Part shown: in pieces, positions 21,442-31,411 of the stretch
Layout: each line of letters starts with the position of its first letter
Numbering within the stretch: the first letter of the stretch is position 1
Assembly: GCA_022793895.1 (NCBI GenBank)
Contig: JAAWDS010000040.1
Location: 442 to 64,441 of the forward strand
From: Provencibacterium sp.
GTDB lineage: Bacteria > Bacillota > Clostridia > Oscillospirales > Ruminococcaceae
DNA length: 64,000 bases
Direction: 5' to 3'
Position numbers and translations under genes: made by a program
The notes under the pieces: generated by a model
What the model was told of the DNA's origin: nothing
Database searches by the model: none
Seen by the model: the letters and a program-made list of their open reading frames with translations, nothing else

Positions 21442-22866
21442 ATGAGAAGGATGTATAACCCGAAATCGATGAAGGCCGAGGAATTTATCGCCCATGAGGA
21501 GATTTTGGAAACGCTGGCTTATGCCGAAAAGAACAAGGACAATCTGGAGCTGGTGGATAGCATTCTGGAAAAGGCGAAGGAGCGCAAGGGGCTCAGTCAC
21601 CGGGAAGCCTCGGTGTTGCTCGCCTGTGAGGACCCGGACCGGACGGCGGCGATGTACGCTCTGGCCCAACGGATCAAAAAGGATTTTTACGGCAACCGTA
21701 TCGTGATGTTCGCGCCGCTGTATCTTTCCAACTACTGTGTAAACGGCTGCGTCTATTGCCCCTACCACCAAAAGAACAAGCGCATCCCCCGCAAAAAGCT
21801 GACCCAGGAGGAGGTAGCCCGCGAGGTCGTCGCCTTGCAGGACATGGGCCATAAGCGCCTGGCCATTGAAGCGGGGGAGGACCCGGTCAACAATCCAATT
21901 GAATATATCCTTTCCTGCATCGAAACGATCTACTCCATCCAGCACAAAAACGGGGCGATCCGCCGGGTCAACGTAAACATTGCCGCCACAACGGTGGAAA
22001 ACTACCGGAAGCTCAAGGAGGCGGGCATCGGCACCTACATCCTGTTCCAAGAGACCTATCACCGGGAGAGCTATCTCAAGCTGCATCCCACCGGCCCGAA
22101 GCATGACTATGCCTACCACACCGAGGCGATGGACCGCGCCATGGAGGGCGGGATCGACGACGTGGGGCTTGGCGTTCTCTTTGGGCTGGAGCTTTACCGC
22201 TATGAGTTCGCGGGGCTGCTCATGCACGCCGAACACCTGGAGGCGGCGCATGGCGTCGGGCCGCACACCATCAGCGTGCCGCGCATCAAGCATGCCGACG
22301 ACATCGATCCGAGCGCCTTTGACAACGGCATCAGCGACGATATCTTTGCCAAGCTCTGCGCGCTAATCCGCATTGCGGTCCCCTACACCGGCATGATCAT
22401 CTCAACGCGCGAGAGCCAGGCGGTCCGCGAGCGGGTGCTGCCGCTGGGCGTTTCGCAGATCAGCGGCGGCTCGCGCACCTCGGTGGGCGGCTATCAGGAG
22501 ACGGTGCGTCCCACCGATACCGAGCAGTTCGACGTTTCCGATCAGCGTTCGTTGGATGAGGTCGTCCGCTGGCTGATGGAGCTGGGCTATATCCCCTCCT
22601 TCTGCACCGCCTGCTACCGCGAGGGGCGGACGGGCGATCGGTTCATGAGCCTTTGCAAGAGCGGGCAGATTCAAAACTGCTGCCACCCTAACGCCCTGAT
22701 GACCCTCAAGGAATTTTTAATGGACTATGCCTCGCCCGAAACCCGCCGCATCGGCGAAGCGCTCCTTGCGGCGGAGCTTCCGAACATCCCCAAGGAGAAG
22801 GTGCGCGCCGTCTGCGCCGATCATTTGCAGAAGATTGAAGAGGGCGTCCGTGACTTCCGGTTCTGA
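21442..22866 (+). CDS. hydG: [FeFe] hydrogenase H-cluster radical SAM maturase HydG
   Basis: CVNGCVYCPYH radical-SAM motif and the C-terminal CTACYREGRTGDRF...C..C motif of HydG. An alternative start lies at 21451. Confidence 0.9.
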   Translation: MRRMYNPKSMKAEEFIAHEEILETLAYAEKNKDNLELVDSILEKAKERKGLSHREASVLLACEDPDRTAAMYALAQRIKKDFYGNRIVMFAPLYLSNYCVNGCVYCPYHQKNKRIPRKKLTQEEVAREVVALQDMGHKRLAIEAGEDPVNNPIEYILSCIETIYSIQHKNGAIRRVNVNIAATTVENYRKLKEAGIGTYILFQETYHRESYLKLHPTGPKHDYAYHTEAMDRAMEGGIDDVGLGVLFGLELYRYEFAGLLMHAEHLEAAHGVGPHTISVPRIKHADDIDPSAFDNGISDDIFAKLCALIRIAVPYTGMIISTRESQAVRERVLPLGVSQISGGSRTSVGGYQETVRPTDTEQFDVSDQRSLDEVVRWLMELGYIPSFCTACYREGRTGDRFMSLCKSGQIQNCCHPNALMTLKEFLMDYASPETRRIGEALLAAELPNIPKEKVRAVCADHLQKIEEGVRDFRF

Positions 22867-22965
22867 GAAACGGACGCAGCTGATAGGGATACCATCCGGG
22901 CCGATCGCAGCCGGACGAAGGATAGCCGCCGGGAAACCGCCCGGCGGGGAAGGGAAGGATACAGC

Positions 22966-24165
22966 ATGGGCTTGAACGACACGCCGGGCGCCGAACGGGT
23001 GCACATCGGCTTTTTTGGAAGGCGCAACGCCGGCAAATCCAGCCTGGTCAACGCCGTTGCCGGGCAGGAGCTTTCGGTGGTTTCCGAGGTGAAGGGGACG
23101 ACGACCGATCCGGTGTTCAAATCGATGGAGCTGCTGCCGCTGGGCCCCATCGTCCTGATGGATACCCCCGGCTTTGACGATGAGGGGGAGCTGGGAGAGA
23201 AGCGGGTCCAGAAGGCCAAACAGGTGCTGAACCGCTCCGACTGCGCCGTTCTGGTGGTGGATGGGACGGCGGGGGAGACCGAAACCGACCGCGCGCTCCT
23301 TGCGCTCTTCGAAAAGAAGGGGATCCCCTATCTGGTCGCCTATAACAAGAGCGATCGCCTGGAGAAGCGGGAGGGAAAGAACGGCCTTTGGGTCAGCGCT
23401 AAGACGGGGGAAAACATTCCGGCGCTCAAAGAGCGGATGGCTGCGCTGGTTCAGACGGAGGATCGCCGCCTGACGGATGGTCTGCTGCATCCGGGCGATC
23501 TGGCTCTGCTGGCCGTTCCGATCGACGAAGCGGCCCCGAAGGGGCGGCTGATCCTGCCGCAGCAGCAGGTGATCCGGGATGCGCTCGACGTAGGCGCGGC
23601 GGCGTTGGCCGTGCGTCCCTCGGAGCTGCGGGAAACGCTCGACAAGCTCGCCGTCCCTCCGGCGGTGGTGATTACCGACAGCCAGGCGTTCTCTGAGGTG
23701 GCCGCGGCGGCGCCGGAGGAAATTCCGCTGACCTCCTTTTCGATTCTCATGGCGCGCTACAAGGGCTTTCTGGAGGGCGCGGTGCGGGGCGTTGCAGAGA
23801 TTGACCGCTTGCAGGAGGGCGACCGCATTTTGGTAGCCGAGGGCTGCACCCACCACCGGCAGTGCGGGGATATCGGGACGGTGAAGATTCCCCGGTGGCT
23901 TCAGGAATACACCGGCAAGCGGCTGGTGTTTTCCGCCTGCTCCGGCCGGGATTTCCCGGAGGATCTTTCTCCCTACCGGCTCATCCTCCACTGCGGGGGC
24001 TGCATGCTCGGCGGCCGGGAGCTGCGCTACCGCCGCCAATGCGCCGCCGACGCGGGCGTAGCCTTCGCCAACTATGGCGTTGTAATCGCCTACCTCAAGG
24101 GGATCCTCCGGCGCAGCCTTTCGCTCTTCCCGGAGCTGCTTTCCCTGCTGCCGGAGGAAAAATAA
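22966..24165 (+). CDS. hydF: [FeFe] hydrogenase H-cluster maturation GTPase HydF
   Basis: P-loop GRRNAGKSSL, DTPG, NKSD, and the C-terminal CTHHRQC...HCGGC cluster-binding motif. Confidence 0.9.
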   Translation: MGLNDTPGAERVHIGFFGRRNAGKSSLVNAVAGQELSVVSEVKGTTTDPVFKSMELLPLGPIVLMDTPGFDDEGELGEKRVQKAKQVLNRSDCAVLVVDGTAGETETDRALLALFEKKGIPYLVAYNKSDRLEKREGKNGLWVSAKTGENIPALKERMAALVQTEDRRLTDGLLHPGDLALLAVPIDEAAPKGRLILPQQQVIRDALDVGAAALAVRPSELRETLDKLAVPPAVVITDSQAFSEVAAAAPEEIPLTSFSILMARYKGFLEGAVRGVAEIDRLQEGDRILVAEGCTHHRQCGDIGTVKIPRWLQEYTGKRLVFSACSGRDFPEDLSPYRLILHCGGCMLGGRELRYRRQCAADAGVAFANYGVVIAYLKGILRRSLSLFPELLSLLPEEK

Positions 24166-24186
24166 GAGGGGAGAGCCGGGCTTGCT

Positions 24187-24242
24187 TTTCTGCAAGCCGG
24201 AGGATCGGCTCGACCGAAGGTTTCTTTTCTATTTTGCAACAG
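24187..24242 (+). repeat. Dispersed intergenic repeat, copy 2
   Basis: tttctgcaagccggaggatcggc...ggtttcttttctattttgcaacag, between convergent hydF and ogg. Confidence 0.9.
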
Positions 24243-24318
24243 TCTCTTTTCTACAGGCTGGAAATGAAATTTGTGGGCGCACCCTTTCGGACCGGAGGCG
24301 CATTTTTTACGGCCTGTT

Positions 24319-25188
24319 CTATTTTGTCGACGCACTCTTTTCCAATGCTTCCGGACAGGTGCGGCAGTAGTGAAAGAGATATTGCTGCGCCAGCCCGGCG
24401 ACGGGGGTGAAGGCTTCTGGGAAGCCCTGTGGATAGAGCTGGGCAAGCGCACGGTTGATCCACACGTCCTGCGGGAAGCATTCGGCGCGGCCGCAGCCGT
24501 AGAGCAGCGCGCACTCCGCCACCTTCGGCCCTACCCCATAGATGGTCCGCAGCTGTTCGCGCGCCTTCTCGACGGGCAGGGTGCGCAGCGCCAAAAGATC
24601 TACCTCTCCGGCCGCTACCCGCACGGCGGCATCATGGATATATTTTGCGCGGAAGCCTGCGCGCAGCAAAGAGAGCGCCTCTTCATCCAGCGCGGCGACG
24701 GCGGCGGGGGAGGGGAAACCATGGCTGTAAGCGGCGTCCTCCTCCGAAAGCTCAGGAGCAGGGATTGAGGGGCCGTAGAGCAGACAGAGCGTCTGCACAA
24801 TCCGGCGAATGCGGGCGATATGGTTGTTTTGGCTGAGGATGAAGGTGCAGAGGGCTTCCCAAGCGTCCTGACGCAGCAGCCGGATCCCCGGACAATAGCC
24901 GGTGGCGGCCTGTAAAACAGAGTCGCAGGCAAGCTCTTCCTTGAGCGCGCCATAATCGCGGCAAAGGTCGAAATAGTCCTCCCAGAAGGGCTCGCAGCCG
25001 CCCGGACACCAGCACTCGACGGCGAGCGCGGCCTCCTCGCGCCGGATACGGCAGAAACGCCCGCCCGCGACCCCTTCCCACCACCCATCCGCGGCGGGCC
25101 GGAAACGGAAGGCCTGCCCGCAGTCGAGCGTTTGGGCGGGATCGAAATCCGCAGAGCGGTGCAGCGGCAGATGGATAAGATGGGGCAT
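24319..25188 (-). CDS. 8-oxoguanine DNA glycosylase / HhH-GPD base-excision repair protein
   Basis: DCGQAFRF...ILSQNNHIARI...HhH-GPD block YGVGPKVAECALLYG...FPQDVW. The start at 25188 (MPHLIHL) follows GGAGGA. The listed ORF start at 25419 is an upstream in-frame extension. Confidence 0.82.
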   Translation of the reverse strand: MPHLIHLPLHRSADFDPAQTLDCGQAFRFRPAADGWWEGVAGGRFCRIRREEAALAVECWCPGGCEPFWEDYFDLCRDYGALKEELACDSVLQAATGYCPGIRLLRQDAWEALCTFILSQNNHIARIRRIVQTLCLLYGPSIPAPELSEEDAAYSHGFPSPAAVAALDEEALSLLRAGFRAKYIHDAAVRVAAGEVDLLALRTLPVEKAREQLRTIYGVGPKVAECALLYGCGRAECFPQDVWINRALAQLYPQGFPEAFTPVAGLAQQYLFHYCRTCPEALEKSASTK

Positions 25189-25351
25189 GCGGCAATTCCT
25201 CCATTCAAGGGGCTGTGAAAGGGCGTATTTGGTTTGCAGAAGAAATCGTGCGGGCCGCGCCTCCGGTTTGCAGGAACCGGAAAAGCGGCGGTTTCGCGCC
25301 CTCCAGCGCGAAATTCGGGCCGGCGTCCCGGCCCGAAAGCGCTTTTTCAGA

Positions 25352-25384
25352 GGGATATAAAAACGCACTGCGTTTTTATATCCC
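25352..25384. terminator. Perfect hairpin with AAAAACGC-NNN-GCGTTTTT core
   Basis: gggatataaaaacgc-act-gcgtttttatatccc. It overlaps the stop codon of the isomerase gene. Confidence 0.7.
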
Positions 25385-26299
25385 TTGAATCCTTTCCCGG
25401 AAGATCTCCCCAACCCCATAGATGGCGCGCAGGAAGATAGGGATATAGGCGGCGTCCATGCGGGGGCTTTTCACCTGGTTGAAGGTTTCAAAGCTCAAAT
25501 CGCCCGTATAGCCAACCTCTTTCAGGGCGCTGGTGAAGTCGTTCCAGCGCACCGTGCCGGTGAAGGGCATGAGATGCTCGTCGCGGCTGCCGTCGTTGTC
25601 ATGGATGTGCAGCGCCTTGATACGCGGGCCCAGGACGCGCACATATTCCCGGATATTTTTGCGCAGCAGGTTCAGGTGGCCGGTATCCAGGCACAGGCCG
25701 AAGCACTCCTTTCCGGCCCGTTCGTTCAACGTATCGATGAGGCGCACCGCCTCCTGCGGATTGGAGCAGGTCCCTTCAAAGTGCCTTCCATCGACCGTTG
25801 CAAACAGGTTTTCCAGGCAGACGGTAACGTTTGTTTCGCTCAGCAGCGGGATGAGCGGCTCAAAAATCCGGAAGTTCAGCCGTTCGACATCCTCATAGGA
25901 GAGTTCCGGCTCACCGGGCGAAACCGAGATGCCATGGATAATCAGGTTATTGCAGTCTACCGCATCGCACAGGCGGATGCAGCCCTTGAAGATTTCAACG
26001 GCATAGGGCTCCAGCTCCGGCACCCCGCGGATATGGGCGGGGAAGGGGGCGTGCGCCTGGGAAATGGCCAGCCCGTTTTTGCGGATAGCCTCCAAATCCT
26101 CCCGGTAATAGGCCAAAATCTCCGGCAGCGGTTTCTCAAAAATACAGCCGGACAGCTTCCCGGCCCGCAGCTCCTCTTGGTCCCATGCGCGGTTGATGTT
26201 CCAGTCGATCCCTTCGAAGCCGCTCTCGCGCAGCAGCCCGCAGCCCCTTTCAAAACCTAATTCATCGGACACGCCGCCGGTTTGCACACAAATCAGCAT
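25376..26299 (-). CDS. Sugar phosphate isomerase/epimerase (xylose isomerase-like TIM barrel)
   Basis: AP-endonuclease-2/TIM barrel pattern (GFEGIDWN...CLENL...CLDTGHLN...LHIHDN). GGGGGAG RBS before ATG 26299. Confidence 0.8.
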   Translation of the reverse strand: MLICVQTGGVSDELGFERGCGLLRESGFEGIDWNINRAWDQEELRAGKLSGCIFEKPLPEILAYYREDLEAIRKNGLAISQAHAPFPAHIRGVPELEPYAVEIFKGCIRLCDAVDCNNLIIHGISVSPGEPELSYEDVERLNFRIFEPLIPLLSETNVTVCLENLFATVDGRHFEGTCSNPQEAVRLIDTLNERAGKECFGLCLDTGHLNLLRKNIREYVRVLGPRIKALHIHDNDGSRDEHLMPFTGTVRWNDFTSALKEVGYTGDLSFETFNQVKSPRMDAAYIPIFLRAIYGVGEIFRERIQGI

Positions 26300-26487
26300 G
26301 CTGTCTCCCCCTTTCTTCGCTCTATCATACTCCGGCAATCCGTCCATGTCAAGTGCAGGCGTTTTCTTCCGGTTTGTGGGAGTTTAACCAAATTACTGTG
26401 CGAAAATCCAAAGAAACAAAGGGGCTGTCTGCAAACACAGACGCATTTGCAGACAGCCTACGATTTATCCCCCGGTCAGGAGAATTT

Positions 26488-27996
26488 CTACTTCGCGTAG
26501 CCCAACGTGTTGTCCTTGAGCAACACGTCGTGCGCGCCGCCCTCGACGATGCTGGTGGAGGAGACGAGGGTGATCCGCGCATTTTTCTGTAGATCCGGAA
26601 TGTTCAAGACGCCGCAGTTGCACATGGTGGACCGCACCTTGTTTAAGGAGAGGGTAACGTTGTCCTTGAGCGCTCCCGCATAGGGGACATAGGAATCCAC
26701 GCCTTCCTCAAAGGAGAGCTTAGAGGCGCCGCCCATATCGTACCGCTGCCAGTTGCGCGCCCGGTTGGAGCCCTCGCCCCAGTATTCCTTCATATAGTTG
26801 CCGCCGATGCTTACGCGGTTGGTGGGGCTCTCGTCGAAGCGGGAGAAGTAGCGGCCGAGCATCAGGAAATCCGCGCCCATGGCCAGCGCCAGGGTCATGT
26901 GGTAATCCTGAACGATCCCGCCGTCCGAGCAGACCGGGATATAGACGCCGGTCTTTTCAAAATATTCGTCGCGCGCCTGGCAGACCTCGATGAGCGCCGT
27001 GGCCTGTCCGCGCCCGATCCCCTTCTGCTCGCGGGTGATGCAGATCGATCCGCCGCCGATGCCGACCTTCACAAAGTCTGCGCCGCACTCGGCCAAGAAG
27101 AGGAACCCGTCGCGATCGACCACGTTGCCCGCTCCTACCTTTACGCGGTCGCCATAGTGCTCGCGCACCCATTGCAGGGTAATTTTCTGCCATTCGGTAA
27201 AGCCCTCGGAGGAATCGATGCACAGCACATCCGCGCCGGCCTCCACCAAAGCCGGGACCCGTTCGGCATAGTCCCTGGTGTTGATGCCTGCGCCTACGAC
27301 ATAGCGCTTTTGCTGGTCCAGCAGTTCGAGGGTATTTTCCTTGTGGGAATCGTAGTCCTTGCGAAAGACCATATAGAGCAGCTTCCCGTTATCATCCACG
27401 ATCGGCAGGGAGTTGAGCTTGTGCGCCCAGATGATGTCGTTCGCTTCCTTGAGGGTGGTGTCCTTTTTGGCATAGACCAGCTTGGACATCGGGGTCATAA
27501 ATTCGGAAACCTTGGTGGAGGGATCCATGCGGGTAACGCGGTAGTCGCGGCTGGTGACAATGCCCATCAGTTTCCCGTTCGGCGACCCATCCTCGGTGAC
27601 GGCAATCGTAGAATGCCCCGTTTGCAGCTTGAGATCCAGCACATCCTGCATGGCGCCGTCCGGCCGGATGTTGGAATCGCTGGCGACAAACCCCGCCTTG
27701 TAAGCCTTCACCCGCGCGACCATCGCCGCCTCGCTTTCCACCGTCTGCGAGCCATAGATAAACGAAATGCCGCCCTCTTTCGCCAGGGCAATGGCCATTC
27801 TCTCTCCCGAAACCGACTGCATGATGGCGGAGGTCAGCGGGATGTTCATCATCAGCGGGCTTTCCTCGCCGCGCTGGAACTTAACCACCGGGGTGCGCAG
27901 GCTGACCTTGGAGGGGATGCAGTCTGCCGAAGAATAGCCGGGGATGAGCAGATACTCGCTAAAGGTGTGAGAAGGTTCGCTGTAGATGAATGCCAT
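26488..27996 (-). CDS. guaB: IMP dehydrogenase
   Basis: 502 aa with a tandem CBS insert, the catalytic loop [18 protein letters not shown] and the GADFLMLG motif. Confidence 0.88.
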   Translation of the reverse strand: MAFIYSEPSHTFSEYLLIPGYSSADCIPSKVSLRTPVVKFQRGEESPLMMNIPLTSAIMQSVSGERMAIALAKEGGISFIYGSQTVESEAAMVARVKAYKAGFVASDSNIRPDGAMQDVLDLKLQTGHSTIAVTEDGSPNGKLMGIVTSRDYRVTRMDPSTKVSEFMTPMSKLVYAKKDTTLKEANDIIWAHKLNSLPIVDDNGKLLYMVFRKDYDSHKENTLELLDQQKRYVVGAGINTRDYAERVPALVEAGADVLCIDSSEGFTEWQKITLQWVREHYGDRVKVGAGNVVDRDGFLFLAECGADFVKVGIGGGSICITREQKGIGRGQATALIEVCQARDEYFEKTGVYIPVCSDGGIVQDYHMTLALAMGADFLMLGRYFSRFDESPTNRVSIGGNYMKEYWGEGSNRARNWQRYDMGGASKLSFEEGVDSYVPYAGALKDNVTLSLNKVRSTMCNCGVLNIPDLQKNARITLVSSTSIVEGGAHDVLLKDNTLGYAK

Positions 27997-28343
27997 CGTT
28001 ATGACCTTTCCTTTCTTAAAAGCGGCGCCTTTCCCGTCCTAAGGGGAAAAGGTGCAAAACCATAGGCTGAAAAATGCTTTCAGCCGTTCCTCCTTTTGTT
28101 TTGGAGCCGCGCAGCGGCAAGCGGGCCTGCCGGTGATGCGCCCGGAAGAACGCGGCTTTCCATGATGGGACATGCGCTCAAAAGGCTTTTCGGGTATAAA
28201 ATTTCATGCGCTAATACTATACCGCGAGGGGTACAAAACGAATAGCGCATGAAGCATGAGCCGGGCTTATGTAGAAAAACCGCTGCCGTATCTTCCGGAC
28301 GGAGATTTATTTGGTCTATTATACGCTAAATATGAGCGTATTG

Positions 28344-28958
28344 TCAAGAGTGAAACGGACTGTCTTTCCGCCCGGAGCCTTCCCTCCTCCCTCGAACCTT
28401 CGGCGGATAGGCGGCCAGCGTCAGATAGAGGGCGAGGATGAGCAGCGAGGGGTTGTGCCGGAAGAGCCCCAGCCAAACGCCTCCGCCCCAAACGGCGCCC
28501 AGGCAAAGGGCGGCCGGCAGCCGGGCGATGCGGCTGCCCCGGCCGGAGGGAGCGAAGGCGGTAAGGGCGTTCCCGCCGTCCAGCGGAGGGAGCGGAAGCA
28601 GGTTGAAGGCTCCCAGGCAGAGGTTGAAAACGCCGAAGATCGAGGCCGGATCGATCGCCCGGTAGAACAGCCCTACGCATAGCCCGGCCGCCGGGGCGCT
28701 GAGGTAGACGGCCGCCTTTTTCCAGGCCGGGAGGGTCGAGAGATCGCAGTCCAGCCGCGCCCCATAGGGCAGCAGCGAGAAGGAACGGATCCGGATCTGG
28801 AAGGAGAGCAGGAAGAAGAGGTGGACCGCTTCATGCAGCGCGACGGCCGCAAGCAGCGGCAGCAGAAGGAGGCTTTTGTCGTAGAGGGCGGCCAGCGCCG
28901 CCAGGCACAGGAACCAGAAGGAAATATAAACGCGGGTTTTGCCTAGAAAAAATTCCAT
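28344..28958 (-). CDS. spoIVFB: Site-2 (M50) metalloprotease, SpoIVFB-like
   Basis: HEAVH (HExxH) in a TM helix and NLLPLPPLDGG (NxxPxxxLDG). Directly downstream of an M23/LytM gene, as in spoIVFA-spoIVFB. Confidence 0.8.
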   Translation of the reverse strand: MEFFLGKTRVYISFWFLCLAALAALYDKSLLLLPLLAAVALHEAVHLFFLLSFQIRIRSFSLLPYGARLDCDLSTLPAWKKAAVYLSAPAAGLCVGLFYRAIDPASIFGVFNLCLGAFNLLPLPPLDGGNALTAFAPSGRGSRIARLPAALCLGAVWGGGVWLGLFRHNPSLLILALYLTLAAYPPKVRGRREGSGRKDSPFHS

Positions 28959-28966
28959 CGGCCCGC

Positions 28967-29767
28967 TCACCCGGCATAGCCCAATTGGGGGAGCGGGTCG
29001 CAGCAAAGCCCCTGCTGCCGGATCTCGAAGTGGAGGTGGGGGCCGGTGACGTTTCCGGTGCTGCCCACCAGCGCGATGCGCTCCCCCTGCCGGATAACCT
29101 CCCCGGTTTTGGCGATGAGCTCGGCACAGTGCGCATAGTGGGTTTCGAGCCCCCCTGCGTGCGCGATGTGCAGATAGTTCCCGTAGCTGTCGCTGTAGCC
29201 GGTATCTGAAACGACGCCGGGGAGCGCGGCAAGGATGACCGTCCCCTCGGCCGCCGCAATATCTAAGCCGGTGTGAAAGTCATAGCGGCCGGGGGCGAGC
29301 GGGTTATCCCGCCAGCCGAAGCCGGAGCTGACCCGTCCAGAGACCGGCACGCGCGGCTGGGCGGTTAGCAGAACCGGGGAAAAGGTCACGTTGCGCGGCC
29401 GTTCGGCCCCGGCGTTCAGCGTTCCCGGATAAACGCCGCCCATTCCGTCCTCTACCGCCTCTTCGGAGAGGAGGCCGAAGCGGTTCAGTAGATCCCTCCA
29501 ATAGACCGGGAGGTTCTCCTGAAGAAAGCCGGTCAGCTCTTCCGAACCGATAACGGCGCTGACGCTCTTCGTGTCCCCCTCTAAGAGCGCCGACAGCCGC
29601 CGGATATCCTCAAACGCCTTGAGATGGAGGGACTTCGCCGCCCAGACGGCGGCGAGCAGGAGAAGGACCATCAGAATTTGAAAGGTGAGAAAATTCGCCT
29701 GCCGCTCGGTCTGCTGGACATCTTTGGATTCCTGCCGGTTCCGCCGGTACCGGTTGCGATCTGCCAT
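28967..29767 (-). CDS. spoIVFA: M23/LytM-domain membrane protein, SpoIVFA-like
   Basis: N-terminal TM, and a C-terminal M23 domain (HTGLDIAA...GNYLHIAH...THYAHC...GSTGNVTGPHLHFEI). Confidence 0.72.
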   Translation of the reverse strand: MADRNRYRRNRQESKDVQQTERQANFLTFQILMVLLLLAAVWAAKSLHLKAFEDIRRLSALLEGDTKSVSAVIGSEELTGFLQENLPVYWRDLLNRFGLLSEEAVEDGMGGVYPGTLNAGAERPRNVTFSPVLLTAQPRVPVSGRVSSGFGWRDNPLAPGRYDFHTGLDIAAAEGTVILAALPGVVSDTGYSDSYGNYLHIAHAGGLETHYAHCAELIAKTGEVIRQGERIALVGSTGNVTGPHLHFEIRQQGLCCDPLPQLGYAG

Positions 29768-30016
29768 TTTGATAACCATTCCTTTCTGTAGGGCTTGGCC
29801 GATCTTTTAAAAAAGATCTCACCCCATGCGTATGCGGCGCGTCGCCGGAAAATGACGGGATGTCCGGCGGAGGCTTTCTCAGTTTAGAGGGAAAAGAGGA
29901 AACCGGAGAAAATGAGAGTATATGGGAGAAAACCGCAACGGTTTGGAATTATCCTGCTATTAAACCGGCTAAAATCAGGATAGAAAGGTTTTTTTCGGGA
30001 ATTTTGAGGAAATATA

Positions 30017-30267
30017 TTGACATTTGCGCGCATTCTGTTATAGTGGTACATGTTGCCGTTCGAGAGGACGGCGGCAAAAACACAATGGTCGTATGTACCG
30101 CCTAATACCGGTCCGTTCTTCCGGCTGCTGGGAAGGATGGAAACGATTAGAAAAAAACCGGGCAAAATCCCGGTCCACCTTTTGCGGGGAGCGGTATGAA
30201 AAGGCATTGTGGGTTGGCTGTGGAAATTCTTATTGGCTAACTGAAAGCCGCAAAGGGGGATTACAAA
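30017..30267 (+). promoter_or_regulatory. Candidate promoter (TTGACA-16-TATAGT) plus roughly 220-nt structured leader of potABCD
   Basis: -35 at 30017-22 and -10 at 30039-44. Hairpin accggg-caaaat-cccggt at 30157-74. ccttttgcgg (30178-87) is complementary to ccgcaaagg (30248-56), which overlaps the SD. Confidence 0.45.
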
Positions 30268-31314
30268 ATGAACGATGTCCTGATCGACATCAAAAACCTG
30301 GTCGTCGAATTTGATGGGGAGCGCATTCTCAATGGGCTCGACCTACAGATCCGCGACAAGGAGTTTGTCACGTTCCTGGGACCGTCCGGCTGCGGAAAGA
30401 CCACCACGCTGCGCAGCATCGGCGGATTTATTGAACCCCAGGAGGGTGACATTTTTTTCGATGGGAAGCGCATCAACGACCTGCCGCCCTATAAGCGGGC
30501 GGTCAACACCGTTTTCCAGCGCTACGCGCTCTTCCCGCACCTGAACGTTTATGAAAACGTCGCCTTCGGCCTCAAGGTGAAGAAGCTGCCGGAGCGCGAG
30601 GTAAAAAACCGTGTTGGCGAAATGCTGGAGATGGTCGGGCTGCGGGGATATGAGCGCCGCGGCGTCAGCCAGCTTTCGGGCGGCCAGCAGCAGCGGGTGG
30701 CCATTGCGCGCGCGCTGGTCAACTATCCGCGGGTGCTGCTGTTGGACGAGCCGCTCGGCGCCCTCGATCTCAAGCTGCGCAAGGAGATGCAGACCGAGCT
30801 CAAGCGCTATCAGCAGCAGATGGAGATCACCTTTATCTATGTTACCCACGACCAGGAGGAAGCGCTGACCATGTCCGATCGGGTGGTGGTGATGAAGGAT
30901 GGGGAGATTCAGCAGATTGGCTCCCCGCAGGATATTTACAACGAGCCGATCAACGCCTTTGTCGCGGACTTTATCGGCGAGAGCAACATTATTGACGGGA
31001 TCATGCTGCACGACTACCTGGTTGAATTTGCAGGCGCTAAATTCGACTGCGTGGATAAGGATTTCGGCGAGATGACGCGGGTGGATGTTGTCGTCCGTCC
31101 GGAGGATATCAAGGTGGTCCCCTCCGGAGAGGGGAAGCTCACCGGCGTTGTGGAGTCGGTCCTTTTCAAAGGCGTGCACTATGAGATTATGGTGGATGCG
31201 CACGGCTACCGGTGGAAGATCCATTCCACCCTGCCGCAGGAGGTCGGTTCGTTTATCGGCATGACCGTCCGTCCGGAGGATATACAGATCATGCACCGCA
31301 TGGAAGAGGAATAG
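30268..31314 (+). CDS. potA: Spermidine/putrescine ABC transporter ATP-binding protein PotA
   Basis: Walker [25 protein letters not shown], Walker B LLLDEP, and a C-terminal TOBE-like domain. Confidence 0.9.
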   Translation: MNDVLIDIKNLVVEFDGERILNGLDLQIRDKEFVTFLGPSGCGKTTTLRSIGGFIEPQEGDIFFDGKRINDLPPYKRAVNTVFQRYALFPHLNVYENVAFGLKVKKLPEREVKNRVGEMLEMVGLRGYERRGVSQLSGGQQQRVAIARALVNYPRVLLLDEPLGALDLKLRKEMQTELKRYQQQMEITFIYVTHDQEEALTMSDRVVVMKDGEIQQIGSPQDIYNEPINAFVADFIGESNIIDGIMLHDYLVEFAGAKFDCVDKDFGEMTRVDVVVRPEDIKVVPSGEGKLTGVVESVLFKGVHYEIMVDAHGYRWKIHSTLPQEVGSFIGMTVRPEDIQIMHRMEEE

Positions 31315-31411
31315 CCGCGGGCGCGCGGCGCGGAGGAACCGTCCTTCCCTGGCTTTGGCAGGGCGGAAAATCCGGTTTCGTTTTTCAGATCTGTGGTTTG
31401 CAGAAAGGAGC

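Noticed and set aside
25189-25419. N-terminal extensions in ORF-track calls. Affected genes are ogg (25419), thyX (42715), dipeptidase (59324), thrC (60546), DJ-1 (41811), spoIVFB (29006), pgsA (51512), trmO (19582) and DUF2461 (5375).
   Set aside because: The extensions are basic low-complexity sequence that overlaps neighbouring genes or hairpins. Internal ATG/TTG codons preceded by good Shine-Dalgarno sequences coincide with the conserved family N-termini.
29860-30207. ORFs 29860..30105 (+) and 29884..30207 (-) in the spoIVFA-potA gap as possible small proteins.
   Set aside because: They have no RBS, they overlap each other and the predicted pot promoter and leader, and they have atypical composition. 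They are better explained as non-coding regulatory DNA.
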